Shown in pieces: positions 10,430-20,081 of a stretch of DNA of 64,000 bases. The notes below the pieces were generated by a model that was not told the origin of the DNA, did not search any database, and saw nothing but the letters and a program-made list of their open reading frames with translations. Made by a program: the position numbers and the translations under genes. Location: the NCBI GenBank assembly GCA_963662265.2, contig CAXXHA010000010.1:192001-256000 (forward strand). Direction: 5' to 3'. The DNA comes from Spirochaetia bacterium (lineage in GTDB: Bacteria > Spirochaetota > Spirochaetia > CADAEX01). Each line of letters starts with the position of its first letter. The stretch's first letter is position 1.

Positions 10430-10858
10430 ATGGCAATCGATAAAAACTGCATGTACTGCATGAGAGACAGCAGAGTATCAGATCTGATGTTTGAAATAGC
10501 AGAGCTGAAAGTATCAACATTCTACTTTTTCAGGGAGCAGACACATCCCGGAAGATGCATCCTTGCCTTCAACAAGGGGCACAAGGGGGAAATTTTTGAA
10601 CTGACAGAAGATGAAAGAAGAAATCTCATGGATGATCTTGCAAAAGCTTCAAATGCAGTCCAGAAAGTATTCAGCCCTGATAAGCTAAATTATGCTTCAT
10701 TCGGAGACAAGGGTCCGCACATCCATTTCCACATTGTACCGAAATACAAAAACGGGGTGAAATGGGGTGAAATATTTGACATGATGCCTGAAAACAAAGT
10801 TTATATTGAAGAGGCTGAATATAAAAAATATATTGAAGCTTTAAAAGCGGAACTGTAA
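10430..10858 (+). CDS. HIT family protein
   Basis: CxxC and HIHFHIVP histidine triad. Confidence 0.93.
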   Translation: MAIDKNCMYCMRDSRVSDLMFEIAELKVSTFYFFREQTHPGRCILAFNKGHKGEIFELTEDERRNLMDDLAKASNAVQKVFSPDKLNYASFGDKGPHIHFHIVPKYKNGVKWGEIFDMMPENKVYIEEAEYKKYIEALKAEL

Positions 10859-10864
10859 TCAGCA

Positions 10865-10902
10865 GGGGAGCCCGGTCAGCAGCAGGACTCCCCCCGTATT
10901 TT
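10865..10902 (+). terminator. Intrinsic terminator between convergent HIT and USP genes
   Basis: gggggag...ctccccc stem followed by gtatttt. Confidence 0.6.
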
Positions 10903-10939
10903 AATCAATTTTATAAAGGATTCTAATATTATAGGCCTG

Positions 10940-11404
10940 TCAGACATCCTCGGCTGTTTCCGGGACTACAAGGACAGGACAGAGTGCTTTTCTTATAAGC
11001 TTTTCAGTATAGTTGCCAAGCATCCTGTTGATAATATTCTTGCCGGCTCCCCGGCCTATTATTATCAGGTCCACTTTTTCCTTCTTCGCCTCTTTAAGAA
11101 TTTCCTCTCCCACATTGCCGATAACATATCCTGTATTCCATTTTATGCCTTCGGGGATAAGGGGAACATAATCCTTCTCAATTTTCCTGTCTATATCCTG
11201 TTTTGCCTTGATATCAACATCATCAACTTCATAAATATATGATTTCCAGAACTGTGCATCAGGTTCAGGAATTACATGAAACATTATTATTTCGCTGCCG
11301 GGATTGCCGGCAGCAATGTTGAGAGTATAGTGGAACGCTTTCATCGCATCTGTATTAAAGTCAGTGCAGAAAAGTATTTTACTGAAAATATTTCTGTATG
11401 GCAT
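10940..11404 (-). CDS. Universal stress protein (TRAP-associated)
   Basis: KILFCTDF, DLIIIGRG, LGNYTEKLIRKALCPVLVV. Confidence 0.93.
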   Translation of the reverse strand: MPYRNIFSKILFCTDFNTDAMKAFHYTLNIAAGNPGSEIIMFHVIPEPDAQFWKSYIYEVDDVDIKAKQDIDRKIEKDYVPLIPEGIKWNTGYVIGNVGEEILKEAKKEKVDLIIIGRGAGKNIINRMLGNYTEKLIRKALCPVLVVPETAEDV

Positions 11405-11430
11405 TTAAAACTCCTTTATCGCTTATACAC

Positions 11431-11662
11431 CGCTATCAGCCACTTTCTCCGAGAAAGGCTCTGCTGTTTCAGGCACTTCCCTGCAGGAAGTCTCTGCCAC
11501 CAGGAGGAACTTCCGCCAACAGAAATGCCCGACTTAAGAGCACTTTCGGAAACAGAAGTCTCCTGTCTGCAGGCACTTTCAAAATGAAATCTCCTGACTA
11601 TCGAGCACTCTTCCAGAAACGAAAGCCTCTTGTCTGCAGGCACTTTCCAAATAAAAGCACCT
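11431..11662. repeat. Degenerate tandem array of seven ~33-bp units
   Basis: cact/aact cores at 11441, 11474, 11508, 11541, 11574, 11606, 11641; exact 17-mer tgtctgcaggcactttc at 11564 and 11631. Confidence 0.75.
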
Positions 11663-11664
11663 TA

Positions 11665-12966
11665 TCAATGCAGCAGGTTCGGAAGAAAAAGACATATATC
11701 CGGAACCAGAATCAGAATAAGTGCGGATATTATGAGCATCAACAAAAACGGAATCGCACCCTTGAATATGACAGGAAGGGGAATATCCCTTTCCATGCCG
11801 CTCACGACATATACATTCACCCCTACAGGAGGCGTGATAACACCCATCTGGGTAATAACAACAACAATTACACCGAACCATACAGGATCAAAACCAAGTT
11901 CAAGAACAACCGGGTAGAATATCGGTATTGTAAGAAGTATTAGAGCCAGCGCATCAATTATACACCCTGCAGCCAGAAAGAACAGGATAATAACCATCAT
12001 CACCATCCACCCGGGCAGGGGAAGCGATATAAAAAATTCAGCTGCTGCAAAAGGAATACGGGAAACAGCCAGAAATCTTCCGAATATGACAGCGCCTGCT
12101 ACAATAAAGAAAATCATGCTTGATGTTCTTACTGTCTCAAGAAGGATCTGCCTGATCTTGTGCATATTCAGCTCTTTCTGGAAAAAGGCAATCGCAAAGC
12201 TCCCTGCAGCGCCTATGGCGGCAGCCTCGATCGGTGTAAATAATCCGAAAAACATTCCTCCCATTACAAGAAGGAAAAGAAGTATTGTCTCAACAACTCC
12301 GTTAAGAGAACGAATCCTCTCCTTCCATGAATGCTTCGGTCCGGCCGGGCCGAGAGTTTTATCTTTTGTACATCTTACATATATATTGATACAGAACATT
12401 GCTGTTATGAGAATTCCCGGAACTATGCCTGCGAGAAACAGGCTGCCTATAGACTGCTCTGTCATCAGCGCATAGACTATAAAGACAACTGACGGAGGAA
12501 TAAGCATTCCAAGCGATCCCCCCGATGCTACCGTGCCGGAGGAGAGAGAATCCGCGTAACCGTATCTTTTCATCTCAGGCAGGGCCACCGCAGCCATTGT
12601 CGCTGCTGTAGCAGGCCCGGAACCGCATATAGCGCCGAACCCGGCACAGGCGCCAACTGTTGCCATTGCAAGGCCCCCTTTAAGGTGACCTATCCACACA
12701 TATGCGGAATGAAAAAGACGCCTGCTTATACCTGCATGAAAAGAGACCTGCCCCATCATTACAAACAGGGGGATAACTGTAAGACCATAGGATGAAAAAG
12801 TTTCAAAAAGGTCCGCAGTCACCATGCTGAATGCAGCCTGGGGAGATATTATCATGGCAAAACCGATTACACCTGCGGCAAGCATGGCAAAAGCCACCGG
12901 CATACTTGTCAGAAGCATTGTAAAAAGAATCAGGCAGCCGAAGATGCCTATCTGAACAGGACTCAT
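11665..12966 (-). CDS. dctM: TRAP transporter large permease
   Basis: GSLGMLIPPS, ITPPVGVNVY, IPLF motifs. Confidence 0.95.
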   Translation of the reverse strand: MSPVQIGIFGCLILFTMLLTSMPVAFAMLAAGVIGFAMIISPQAAFSMVTADLFETFSSYGLTVIPLFVMMGQVSFHAGISRRLFHSAYVWIGHLKGGLAMATVGACAGFGAICGSGPATAATMAAVALPEMKRYGYADSLSSGTVASGGSLGMLIPPSVVFIVYALMTEQSIGSLFLAGIVPGILITAMFCINIYVRCTKDKTLGPAGPKHSWKERIRSLNGVVETILLFLLVMGGMFFGLFTPIEAAAIGAAGSFAIAFFQKELNMHKIRQILLETVRTSSMIFFIVAGAVIFGRFLAVSRIPFAAAEFFISLPLPGWMVMMVIILFFLAAGCIIDALALILLTIPIFYPVVLELGFDPVWFGVIVVVITQMGVITPPVGVNVYVVSGMERDIPLPVIFKGAIPFLLMLIISALILILVPDICLFLPNLLH

Positions 12967-13445
12967 GGTTTAATCAGCTCCTTTCCCGGATGTACAAGGT
13001 GATAGATAAAAACAACCATCATAAGAAAACAGTTAAAACTGATAAGAAGCGGTATCCAGAAAACCGGAAGCCCCAGGTTTGGAAAAACTTCCCCTGCCCT
13101 GAATAATGACATACCATGCTGAAATATCTTCACAGCAAGAACGGCGAAGATTACAAGCGATAGAATCCTGAGTACAGTATCGAGTATAACCCTCCAGAAA
13201 TGTCCGCATTTATGATAGAAAAATTCAATTGCAATATGACCCTTGACAGCTGTAAGGTATGGAAGAGCACATGCTACAGCCACTGCACCGCAGGCACGGA
13301 CCATATCATAAGCCCCGGTTATTCCTGTATTGAATATTCTCATCACAACATCCAGAACAGTAATAACAATCATCAGAAGAATTGCAGCGCCTGCCGCATA
13401 GGCAAGCGCAATAATTAGACGGCTTATTAAAGAAAATATTTTCAT
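12963..13445 (-). CDS. dctQ: TRAP transporter small permease
   Basis: 4 TM segments, DVVMR, GHIAIE; ATGA overlap with dctM. Confidence 0.92.
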   Translation of the reverse strand: MKIFSLISRLIIALAYAAGAAILLMIVITVLDVVMRIFNTGITGAYDMVRACGAVAVACALPYLTAVKGHIAIEFFYHKCGHFWRVILDTVLRILSLVIFAVLAVKIFQHGMSLFRAGEVFPNLGLPVFWIPLLISFNCFLMMVVFIYHLVHPGKELIKP

Positions 13446-13448
13446 TGT

Positions 13449-14465
13449 TTATTTTAACATCTCTTTGATGTCTTTCAGAAAATCAGAGCCGGGAAGACCT
13501 TTAGCCGCTGCAGCATCAACATATTCCCTGTATACAGGATCCATGGCAGCAACAAGCTTGCTGTTTTCCTCATCGCTGAGAGAGATATATGTTTTGCCGA
13601 GTTCCTTTACAAATGCATCGCCCTGGCTGTCGCTTTCATCCCATGCTTCTCCCTGCTTTGTAATCCATTCATTGCTGACTTCTGTCATAACTGCCTGGAG
13701 ATCTGAAGGAAGGGAATTCCATTTGTCATTATTCATAACAACAAACATAGATGTTGTATATCCCACTGCTTTTGTATCTACAACATAGTCAATAACTTCG
13801 CCCTGTTTCCAGCCTTTAAGAGTCTCAACCGGGCAGAATGTTGCATCAACTACACCTTTCTGGAGAGCTTCATATGTATCTCCCTGGCTCATTGAAACAG
13901 GAGTTCCCCCGAGGGCGGAAACAATTTTAGCTGAGAGTCCTGTAGCCCTTATTTTCATGCTGCTCATATCTGAAATGTTTTCTGCCTTTTTTCTGCTTGC
14001 AAGAATTCCGGGTCCGTGCGCATGAAGATATAAAACATGTACGCCTGAAAGCTCTTCAGGCTGATATTTTTTTACCATTTCATTGGCAATTTTAGTTGCT
14101 GTAACTCCATCTGGATAACCAAGGGGAAGATCAAGCCCCTCGAGAAGAGGGAAGCGTCCTCTTGTATATGCAAAAACACTCATACCGATATCTGCGACAC
14201 CTGTTTCAACAGCTTCATAAGTCTGTGCTGCCTTTGTAAGTGTACCACCGTGGAAAAGAGATATTTTTATCCTTCCGTTTGACCTTGATTCAACTTCTTC
14301 GGCCCATGCTTCGGCTGTTTTTGCCTGAAGATGTGTTGCAGGAAAAAATACTGCATAATTGAATTCATAAGTCTTTTCTGCCGAAGCAGCTGTTTCATTT
14401 TTCTTACTGCATCCCGAGAGCAGTACAAGAACTGCTAATAATAAGAGTGTTGTGATCTTTTTCAT
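13449..14465 (-). CDS. dctP: TRAP substrate-binding lipoprotein
   Basis: Lipobox LSGC, KIRATG, YEALQKGVVD, MNNDKWNSLP. Confidence 0.95.
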   Translation of the reverse strand: MKKITTLLLLAVLVLLSGCSKKNETAASAEKTYEFNYAVFFPATHLQAKTAEAWAEEVESRSNGRIKISLFHGGTLTKAAQTYEAVETGVADIGMSVFAYTRGRFPLLEGLDLPLGYPDGVTATKIANEMVKKYQPEELSGVHVLYLHAHGPGILASRKKAENISDMSSMKIRATGLSAKIVSALGGTPVSMSQGDTYEALQKGVVDATFCPVETLKGWKQGEVIDYVVDTKAVGYTTSMFVVMNNDKWNSLPSDLQAVMTEVSNEWITKQGEAWDESDSQGDAFVKELGKTYISLSDEENSKLVAAMDPVYREYVDAAAAKGLPGSDFLKDIKEMLK

Positions 14466-14713
14466 AGTTTCTCCATATAGTATTGGAATTTAAACAAGGA
14501 TATATTGATTTTATCATTTTATCAAATGGTTTTATCCTATCTTTTATTTTATTTTTAAATAAATATGCACTTCTGTGTATAATAATGCAGCTTATAGGTT
14601 TAGCAGAATTAAACAGGCTCAACAGTTATTGTTGAAGTATATTAAGTTGCAGAGTTCAATATTCAGAAGTAATATTATCCTGTCCTGTACAGATATATTA
14701 TAGCGGAGGAAAA

Positions 14714-15157
14714 ATGAAAATAAGAAATATTGAATATAAAGACCTCGAATCTCTGGGTAAGCTGTATTTCCAGTTCTGGGGAGATAAATCAGAACTCGAG
14801 AAAATGCAGGGAAAATATAAAGAACTTGAAAACAATGATAATTATATATTTCTCGCAGCAGAAGTTGACGGCAGACTTGCAGGATCAGTTATGGGTATTG
14901 TTTGTTCTGAACTTTACGGAGACTGCCGTCCTTTTATGGTTCTTGAGGACCTTATAGTTGATAAAAATTTCAGAAAAAAAGGAATAGGAAAAGCGCTTGT
15001 AAGAAAGCTTGAAGAAGAGGCAGAAAAAAGAAACTGCTGCCAGATTATTTTTATTACAGAAACAGACAGACATGATGCAGTTGCTTTCTACGAATCAGTA
15101 GGATATGACTCTAATAAAAATAGAGGATTCAAAAAAAAGATATCACAGGATACTTGA
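14714..15157 (+). CDS. GNAT family N-acetyltransferase
   Basis: VDKNFRKKGIGKAL, AVAFYESVGY. Confidence 0.92.
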   Translation: MKIRNIEYKDLESLGKLYFQFWGDKSELEKMQGKYKELENNDNYIFLAAEVDGRLAGSVMGIVCSELYGDCRPFMVLEDLIVDKNFRKKGIGKALVRKLEEEAEKRNCCQIIFITETDRHDAVAFYESVGYDSNKNRGFKKKISQDT

Positions 15158-15238
15158 ATGATGATTTCTATAATATCAACTGCGGTCAGGAAATATGTCC
15201 CCGGATCCGTATAATCCTTTGATACGGGGGAATAATAA

Positions 15239-16126
15239 ATGCATGAAGAGGATGTAATCAGCGAAATCCTGGAGTTTATAGATACTCATCTGAATGAGGA
15301 AATTACTCTGAAAAAAATCAGCGACAGAATCTGCTATTCAGAAGAATACACCTGCCGTCTCTTTAAAAAGAAGACAGGTGAAAACCTTTTTGATTACATA
15401 AGAAGCAGACGGCTTCTGAATGCTGCGGAACTGCTTAAAACAAACGGTGGAAAAATCATCGATGTAGCACTTGCACACGGCTTTGATTCTCCGGAAGGAT
15501 TTTCAAGAGCATTCTCATCATACTTCGGCATGCCGCCCCTGAAATTCCGGAACTGCAGGCCGGAAATTAAACATTTCATGCCAAGGGGATACAAAGTATA
15601 CCCCTGGACTATCAGGGAGAAAAAAATGAAAAAACTGACTGTATTTACACAGGTAATCGAAAGACCTGAAAGAAAACTGTACCTTGTCAGAGGAAAAAAA
15701 GCGGAAAACTATTTCGAATACTGCGAGGAACTGGGGTGCGATATATGGGGGAGGCTTCTGGAAGTGGAAAACCCTCTTTATGAGCCGGTGGGTGTATGGC
15801 TTCCGGATCCATTCAGGCCTGAAGAAACTTCAAATTATGCTCAGGGGGTTGAAGTTGCAATAAATCATACAGGAGCTGTTCCTGCCGGCCTCGAATGCAT
15901 TACACTTCCCGCATCAAAATATATGATTTTCCAGAGTGAACCCTATGAAGAAAATGATGAGACAATGATGGAAGTTATTCTCCAGGTCCAGGATTCAATA
16001 AAGAAATATAATCCTGAGATTTACGGCTATGAATGGGCGGAAAACAACGGCCCGAGGTTTCAGCTTATGCCGATCGGGGAAAGAGGATATATTGAAGGGC
16101 TTCCTGTAAAAATGAAAGCTGAATAA
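15239..16126 (+). CDS. AraC family regulator with C-terminal GyrI-like effector domain
   Basis: N-terminal double HTH (GFDSPEGFSRAF); C-terminal YFEYCEELGCDIWG domain. Confidence 0.9.
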   Translation: MHEEDVISEILEFIDTHLNEEITLKKISDRICYSEEYTCRLFKKKTGENLFDYIRSRRLLNAAELLKTNGGKIIDVALAHGFDSPEGFSRAFSSYFGMPPLKFRNCRPEIKHFMPRGYKVYPWTIREKKMKKLTVFTQVIERPERKLYLVRGKKAENYFEYCEELGCDIWGRLLEVENPLYEPVGVWLPDPFRPEETSNYAQGVEVAINHTGAVPAGLECITLPASKYMIFQSEPYEENDETMMEVILQVQDSIKKYNPEIYGYEWAENNGPRFQLMPIGERGYIEGLPVKMKAE

Positions 16127-16210
16127 CACAGGCTGTATTTGATGCGGATTATTCTGTTTCCAGATATTATTCCTGTCAGGCTGCAGAATTTTAATCCTTA
16201 GGATCATATA

Positions 16211-16249
16211 AACCCGGGGAAGCAAACCAGCTTTATCCGGGTTTTTTAT
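16211..16249 (+). terminator. Intrinsic terminator
   Basis: aacccgg...ccgggtt stem plus T-tract. Confidence 0.6.
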
Positions 16250-16348
16250 CGCTTTTGTCACTTTTTTCAGCCATATCCGAAGACAGCTGATCATTGTATT
16301 GCAGAAAACTCAGAGTGCTTTTAAAATGATAACAAAAGGATAATAGAT

Positions 16349-17101
16349 ATGGAAGAACTGAAACTTCTAATAGATCTCCACAAAGACAGCGGAAGGCTTG
16401 GCCCCGGCAGCAGAGAAACAACAGAAAAAGCATTCAATCTCACCGGGTTAAGCAGCAGCAGGAATTACAAGGCTGCAGATATCGGATGCGGAACAGGGGC
16501 ACAAACCTTCGATCTTGTAGAGATGTCGGAATGCAGTATTACTGCTGTTGACCTCTTTCAGATATTTCTTGATAAGATTGAGAATAATAAACTATATGAA
16601 AAATACAGCGACAGAATAAGAACAGTCTGCTGTTCAATGGATAATCTTCCATTTGAAGACAATGAATTAGACCTGATATGGTCCGAAGGTGCTGTCTATA
16701 ATATCGGATTTGAAAACGGAATAAAGAAATGGAGAAAATTTTTAAAGCCTGACGGAATCCTGGCTGTTACAGAAATAAGCTGGCTGACAGAATCAAGACC
16801 TGCAGAACTGGAAAACTACTGGAATAAAGCATACCCGGAAATTGCTACAGCTGAAGTGAAAAAAAATCAGCTGGAAACCGCCGGTTACAGGGTAATAGCC
16901 GACTTTGTACTTCCTGACAGCTGCTGGCTTGATAATTACTATCTCCCTCTCGAGAAAAAGTTCCATTCATTTCTCGGCAGTCATGACAACAGCAAAACAG
17001 CAGCAGCACTTATCAATGATGAAATTGATGAAATAGAAATGTACAGAAAATACAGTACCTGTTACGGATATGTTTTTTATATAGCAGCAAAAAAAGGATA
17101 A
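16349..17101 (+). CDS. Class I SAM-dependent methyltransferase
   Basis: ADIGCGTG, DLIWSEGAVYNIGF. Confidence 0.93.
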   Translation: MEELKLLIDLHKDSGRLGPGSRETTEKAFNLTGLSSSRNYKAADIGCGTGAQTFDLVEMSECSITAVDLFQIFLDKIENNKLYEKYSDRIRTVCCSMDNLPFEDNELDLIWSEGAVYNIGFENGIKKWRKFLKPDGILAVTEISWLTESRPAELENYWNKAYPEIATAEVKKNQLETAGYRVIADFVLPDSCWLDNYYLPLEKKFHSFLGSHDNSKTAAALINDEIDEIEMYRKYSTCYGYVFYIAAKKG

Positions 17102-17121
17102 TAGTTTAATAAATCAGACTG

Positions 17122-17316
17122 ATGATACTTTGCAGGGGAAAATCAACCGGACAGAAGCTGATCAATGAATTAAGCAGTATCGCAGATTCAAAAGGAGCTG
17201 TAAGGCTGATGCTTAATAATGAGAAAAATTCAGAATCCTACAAACGATCTTTTTATAAGAAGCAGGATTTTACTGAATGGGAAAATTTTGCAAATTTTGT
17301 AACCCCGGTTAAATAA
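17122..17316 (+). pseudogene. C-terminal GNAT fragment
   Basis: RGKSTGQKLI (motif A remnant) ... RSFYKKQDF; no N-terminal half and no clear RBS. Confidence 0.55.
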
Positions 17317-17468
17317 CTGCAAGCATTACTGTAAGAAATACCCGGGGATTTTTTATTTAATCTGAATAAAAGAAACCCTGAAAAAAAACTGATCATATTG
17401 TACATGAAGAAATTATTAAACAAAACTTCAGCCTTACCGTAAACAACTCCAATCAAACATCATATATA

Positions 17469-17497
17469 TTGACTTTTATATATATAGTTTTTATCTT
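17469..17497 (+). promoter_or_regulatory. Candidate sigma70 promoter TTGACT-N17-TATCTT
   Basis: About 70 bp upstream of the ATG at 17566. Confidence 0.45.
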
Positions 17498-17565
17498 AAA
17501 TCTCATCAGAAAATATTTATTGTTTAAATAAACGAATATCCTAAAACAGGGAGTGAGCATACATA

Positions 17566-18534
17566 ATGTGGAAACTGCTATCTTTCATACAGAAAAATTT
17601 AATATGGAGCATTCCGGTTACGATGATACTTGGAATAGTCTACGGAACAAGCTTTGATGCGTCAAATCTTAAAGTCTTAATACTTCCGCTTACCTTCCTT
17701 ATGGTTTATCCGATGATGGTAAACCTGCAGGTCAGAAAAGTAGTATCGACAGGCGACTTCAATCTGCAGCTGGCTGTCCAGGTAATCAACTTCACTCTGA
17801 TACCGGCTGCAGCTTTTATACTGGGCAAAACAGCATTTGCCGAAACACCGTTAACAGCGCTGGGACTCCTTCTTGCAGCACTTCTGCCTACAAGCGGCAT
17901 GACAATATCATGGACAGGTTTCGCAAAAGGCAATATAAATGCGGCAATCAAAATGACTGTAATCGGCCTGATTATCGGATCTCTTGCAACACCGCTCTAT
18001 ATCAAATACCTGATGGGAACTGTGATAGAAATACCTCTTGCTGCAATTTTCAGGCAGATTATTCTCATTGTTTTCCTCCCCATGCTTGCGGGACAGATAA
18101 CACAGAAAATAATTATTAAAACAGCGGGTGAGGAAAAATACCATAAAAAGATTAAACAGAAATTTCCTCCAGTTTCTACGCTGGGTGTACTGGGAATTGT
18201 CTTCACAGCAATGGCGCTGAAAGCTGACCTGATTGTAAAAAATCCCTTTTCGCTGTTATACCTGATTGTCCCTCTATTCATACTTTATGCATTCAACTTT
18301 GTCATAAGCACAGCTGCTGCAAAGCTTTTTTTCAACAGGGAGGACGGGATTGCCCTTGTTTACGGAACAGTGATGCGCAATCTCTCAATTGCCCTTGCAA
18401 TAGCAATGACAGTTTTCGGCAAGGCAGGATCTGAAATAGCCCTCATCATTGCAGTAGCATATATTATTCAGGTACAGTCTGCAGCATGGTATGTAAAACT
18501 GACAGATAGAATATTTCCTCTCAAAGCAGCCTGA
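17566..18534 (+). CDS. Acr3/BASS family transporter
   Basis: MVYPMM, LPTSGMTISWTGFAKGN, MRNLSIALAIA. Confidence 0.85.
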   Translation: MWKLLSFIQKNLIWSIPVTMILGIVYGTSFDASNLKVLILPLTFLMVYPMMVNLQVRKVVSTGDFNLQLAVQVINFTLIPAAAFILGKTAFAETPLTALGLLLAALLPTSGMTISWTGFAKGNINAAIKMTVIGLIIGSLATPLYIKYLMGTVIEIPLAAIFRQIILIVFLPMLAGQITQKIIIKTAGEEKYHKKIKQKFPPVSTLGVLGIVFTAMALKADLIVKNPFSLLYLIVPLFILYAFNFVISTAAAKLFFNREDGIALVYGTVMRNLSIALAIAMTVFGKAGSEIALIIAVAYIIQVQSAAWYVKLTDRIFPLKAA

Positions 18535-18768
18535 ACAGCAGGCTGTTTTGATTTTCAATTATAAGGAGAACCTACCGGAGATAAAGTTGACATGGCTTCT
18601 TTCTAAATCTCACTTATTTTTAAAAAATTACACAGCAAGCTGCGGGGTGATGGATCCGACCGGTGGATAAAGAAATAATTAATACAGAAATCCCGGATTA
18701 TACTTTTTTTTCTATTCTTTCTGTATTAATCTGAAATACAGAACATATTTATAAAAGGAAAAATTATA

Positions 18769-19509
18769 TTGAACGAAATACTTGAACAGATAAAGAAAAG
18801 AAAATCGGTCAGAATCTTCGAAAAAAACGAAATCCCGGGCAATCATAAAGAGGAAATAATACAGTCAGCTTTTGAAGCACCTTCTGCAGGCGGCATGATG
18901 CTTTATTCGATTCTTGATATTACAGATCAGGAACTTAAAGAAAAACTGGCTGTCAGCTGCGACAACCAGATGTTTATCGCAGAGGCTCCGCTTGTTCTTA
19001 TTTTTCTTGCTGATTACCAGAGATGGTATGACACATTCTGCCATTATAAATGCAATCCCAGAAAGCCGGGCGAGGGAGATATTCTTCTTGCTTCTGCAGA
19101 TGCAGTAATTGCTGCCCAGAATACAGTTGTCGCGGCAGAATCCCTTGGACTAGGATCATGTTATATAGGTGATATTCTTGAAAACTGCGAACAGGTTAGG
19201 GAATTGCTTGACCTCCCGGAATATGTATTCCCGGCTGCAATGCTGGTTTACGGCTATCCTACGGAAAAGCAGAAACAGAGAAAAAAACCGGTAAGATTTG
19301 ACAGGGAATATATTGTTTTTAAGAACAGGTACAGAAAACTGCCTGAAGAAAAACATTTTGAAATGCATGAAAAAAGAAATAAAAAGTCAGGAAAATCAAA
19401 CCCGGAATCAATTGAAGCATTCTGCAGCAGAAAATATATGTCTAAATTTTCACTTGAAATGAGCAGGTCAGCTTCTGAATATATGAAAAACTTCAGAGGA
19501 CATCAATAA
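18769..19509 (+). CDS. Nitroreductase family protein (NfsA/FRP-like)
   Basis: RKSVRxF, APS, DAVIAAQNxxxAAESLGLGSCYIG, GYP. Confidence 0.93.
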   Translation: MNEILEQIKKRKSVRIFEKNEIPGNHKEEIIQSAFEAPSAGGMMLYSILDITDQELKEKLAVSCDNQMFIAEAPLVLIFLADYQRWYDTFCHYKCNPRKPGEGDILLASADAVIAAQNTVVAAESLGLGSCYIGDILENCEQVRELLDLPEYVFPAAMLVYGYPTEKQKQRKKPVRFDREYIVFKNRYRKLPEEKHFEMHEKRNKKSGKSNPESIEAFCSRKYMSKFSLEMSRSASEYMKNFRGHQ

Positions 19510-19605
19510 CACAGCCGCAAACTAAAGAGCATTACCTGTGCCGGGGAATGACAGGCAGCGGGGAACAAGAAGCTTAAACCGTCCTGTGAAGAAGAGGGGG
19601 ATAAC

Positions 19606-20070
19606 ATGGGAAAAGCTGTCAAATTTATTATATCTCTTGCACTACCTTTAACAGCAGGATTAACAGGTTCTTTTTTCACACGCTCATCAGTTACAACATG
19701 GTATCAGACCTTAAACAAACCTCTTTTTAATCCGCCTGATTATGTTTTTGCACCTGTCTGGACACTGCTCTACCTTCTCATGGGAGTTTCCTTTTTCCTG
19801 ATATGGAATATTAAAAATAATAATAAAAAACCAGCCGTTGCTGTTTACTTTATACAGCTCTTTTTTAACTTCCTTTGGTCCGCTGTTTTTTTCGGACTCA
19901 GGAACCCGCTGGCCGGATTATTTGATATAATACTGCTTCAGGCGCTTATTGCTGTTACAATACTCTTCTTTCACAGGATACATGCAAAAGCATCCTATCT
20001 TCTCATTCCTTACCTGGGATGGGTAACATTTGCTTCTGTACTTAATTTCTCGATAGTTTTACTGAATTAG
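19606..20070 (+). CDS. tspO: TspO/MBR tryptophan-rich sensory protein
   Basis: WYQTLNKPxxxPPxxxFAPVWTLLY, LIPYLGWVTFA. Confidence 0.95.
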   Translation: MGKAVKFIISLALPLTAGLTGSFFTRSSVTTWYQTLNKPLFNPPDYVFAPVWTLLYLLMGVSFFLIWNIKNNNKKPAVAVYFIQLFFNFLWSAVFFGLRNPLAGLFDIILLQALIAVTILFFHRIHAKASYLLIPYLGWVTFASVLNFSIVLLN

Positions 20071-20081
20071 GAGGCTGACAG

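Noticed and set aside
11431-11662. CRISPR array
   Set aside because: The units are contiguous and degenerate, with no unique spacers and no cas genes.
11276-11943. Several short ORFs over the repeat array (e.g. 11416-11643, 11398-11943)
   Set aside because: Repeat units shift frame; the ORFs are antisense or overlapping and lack recognisable motifs.
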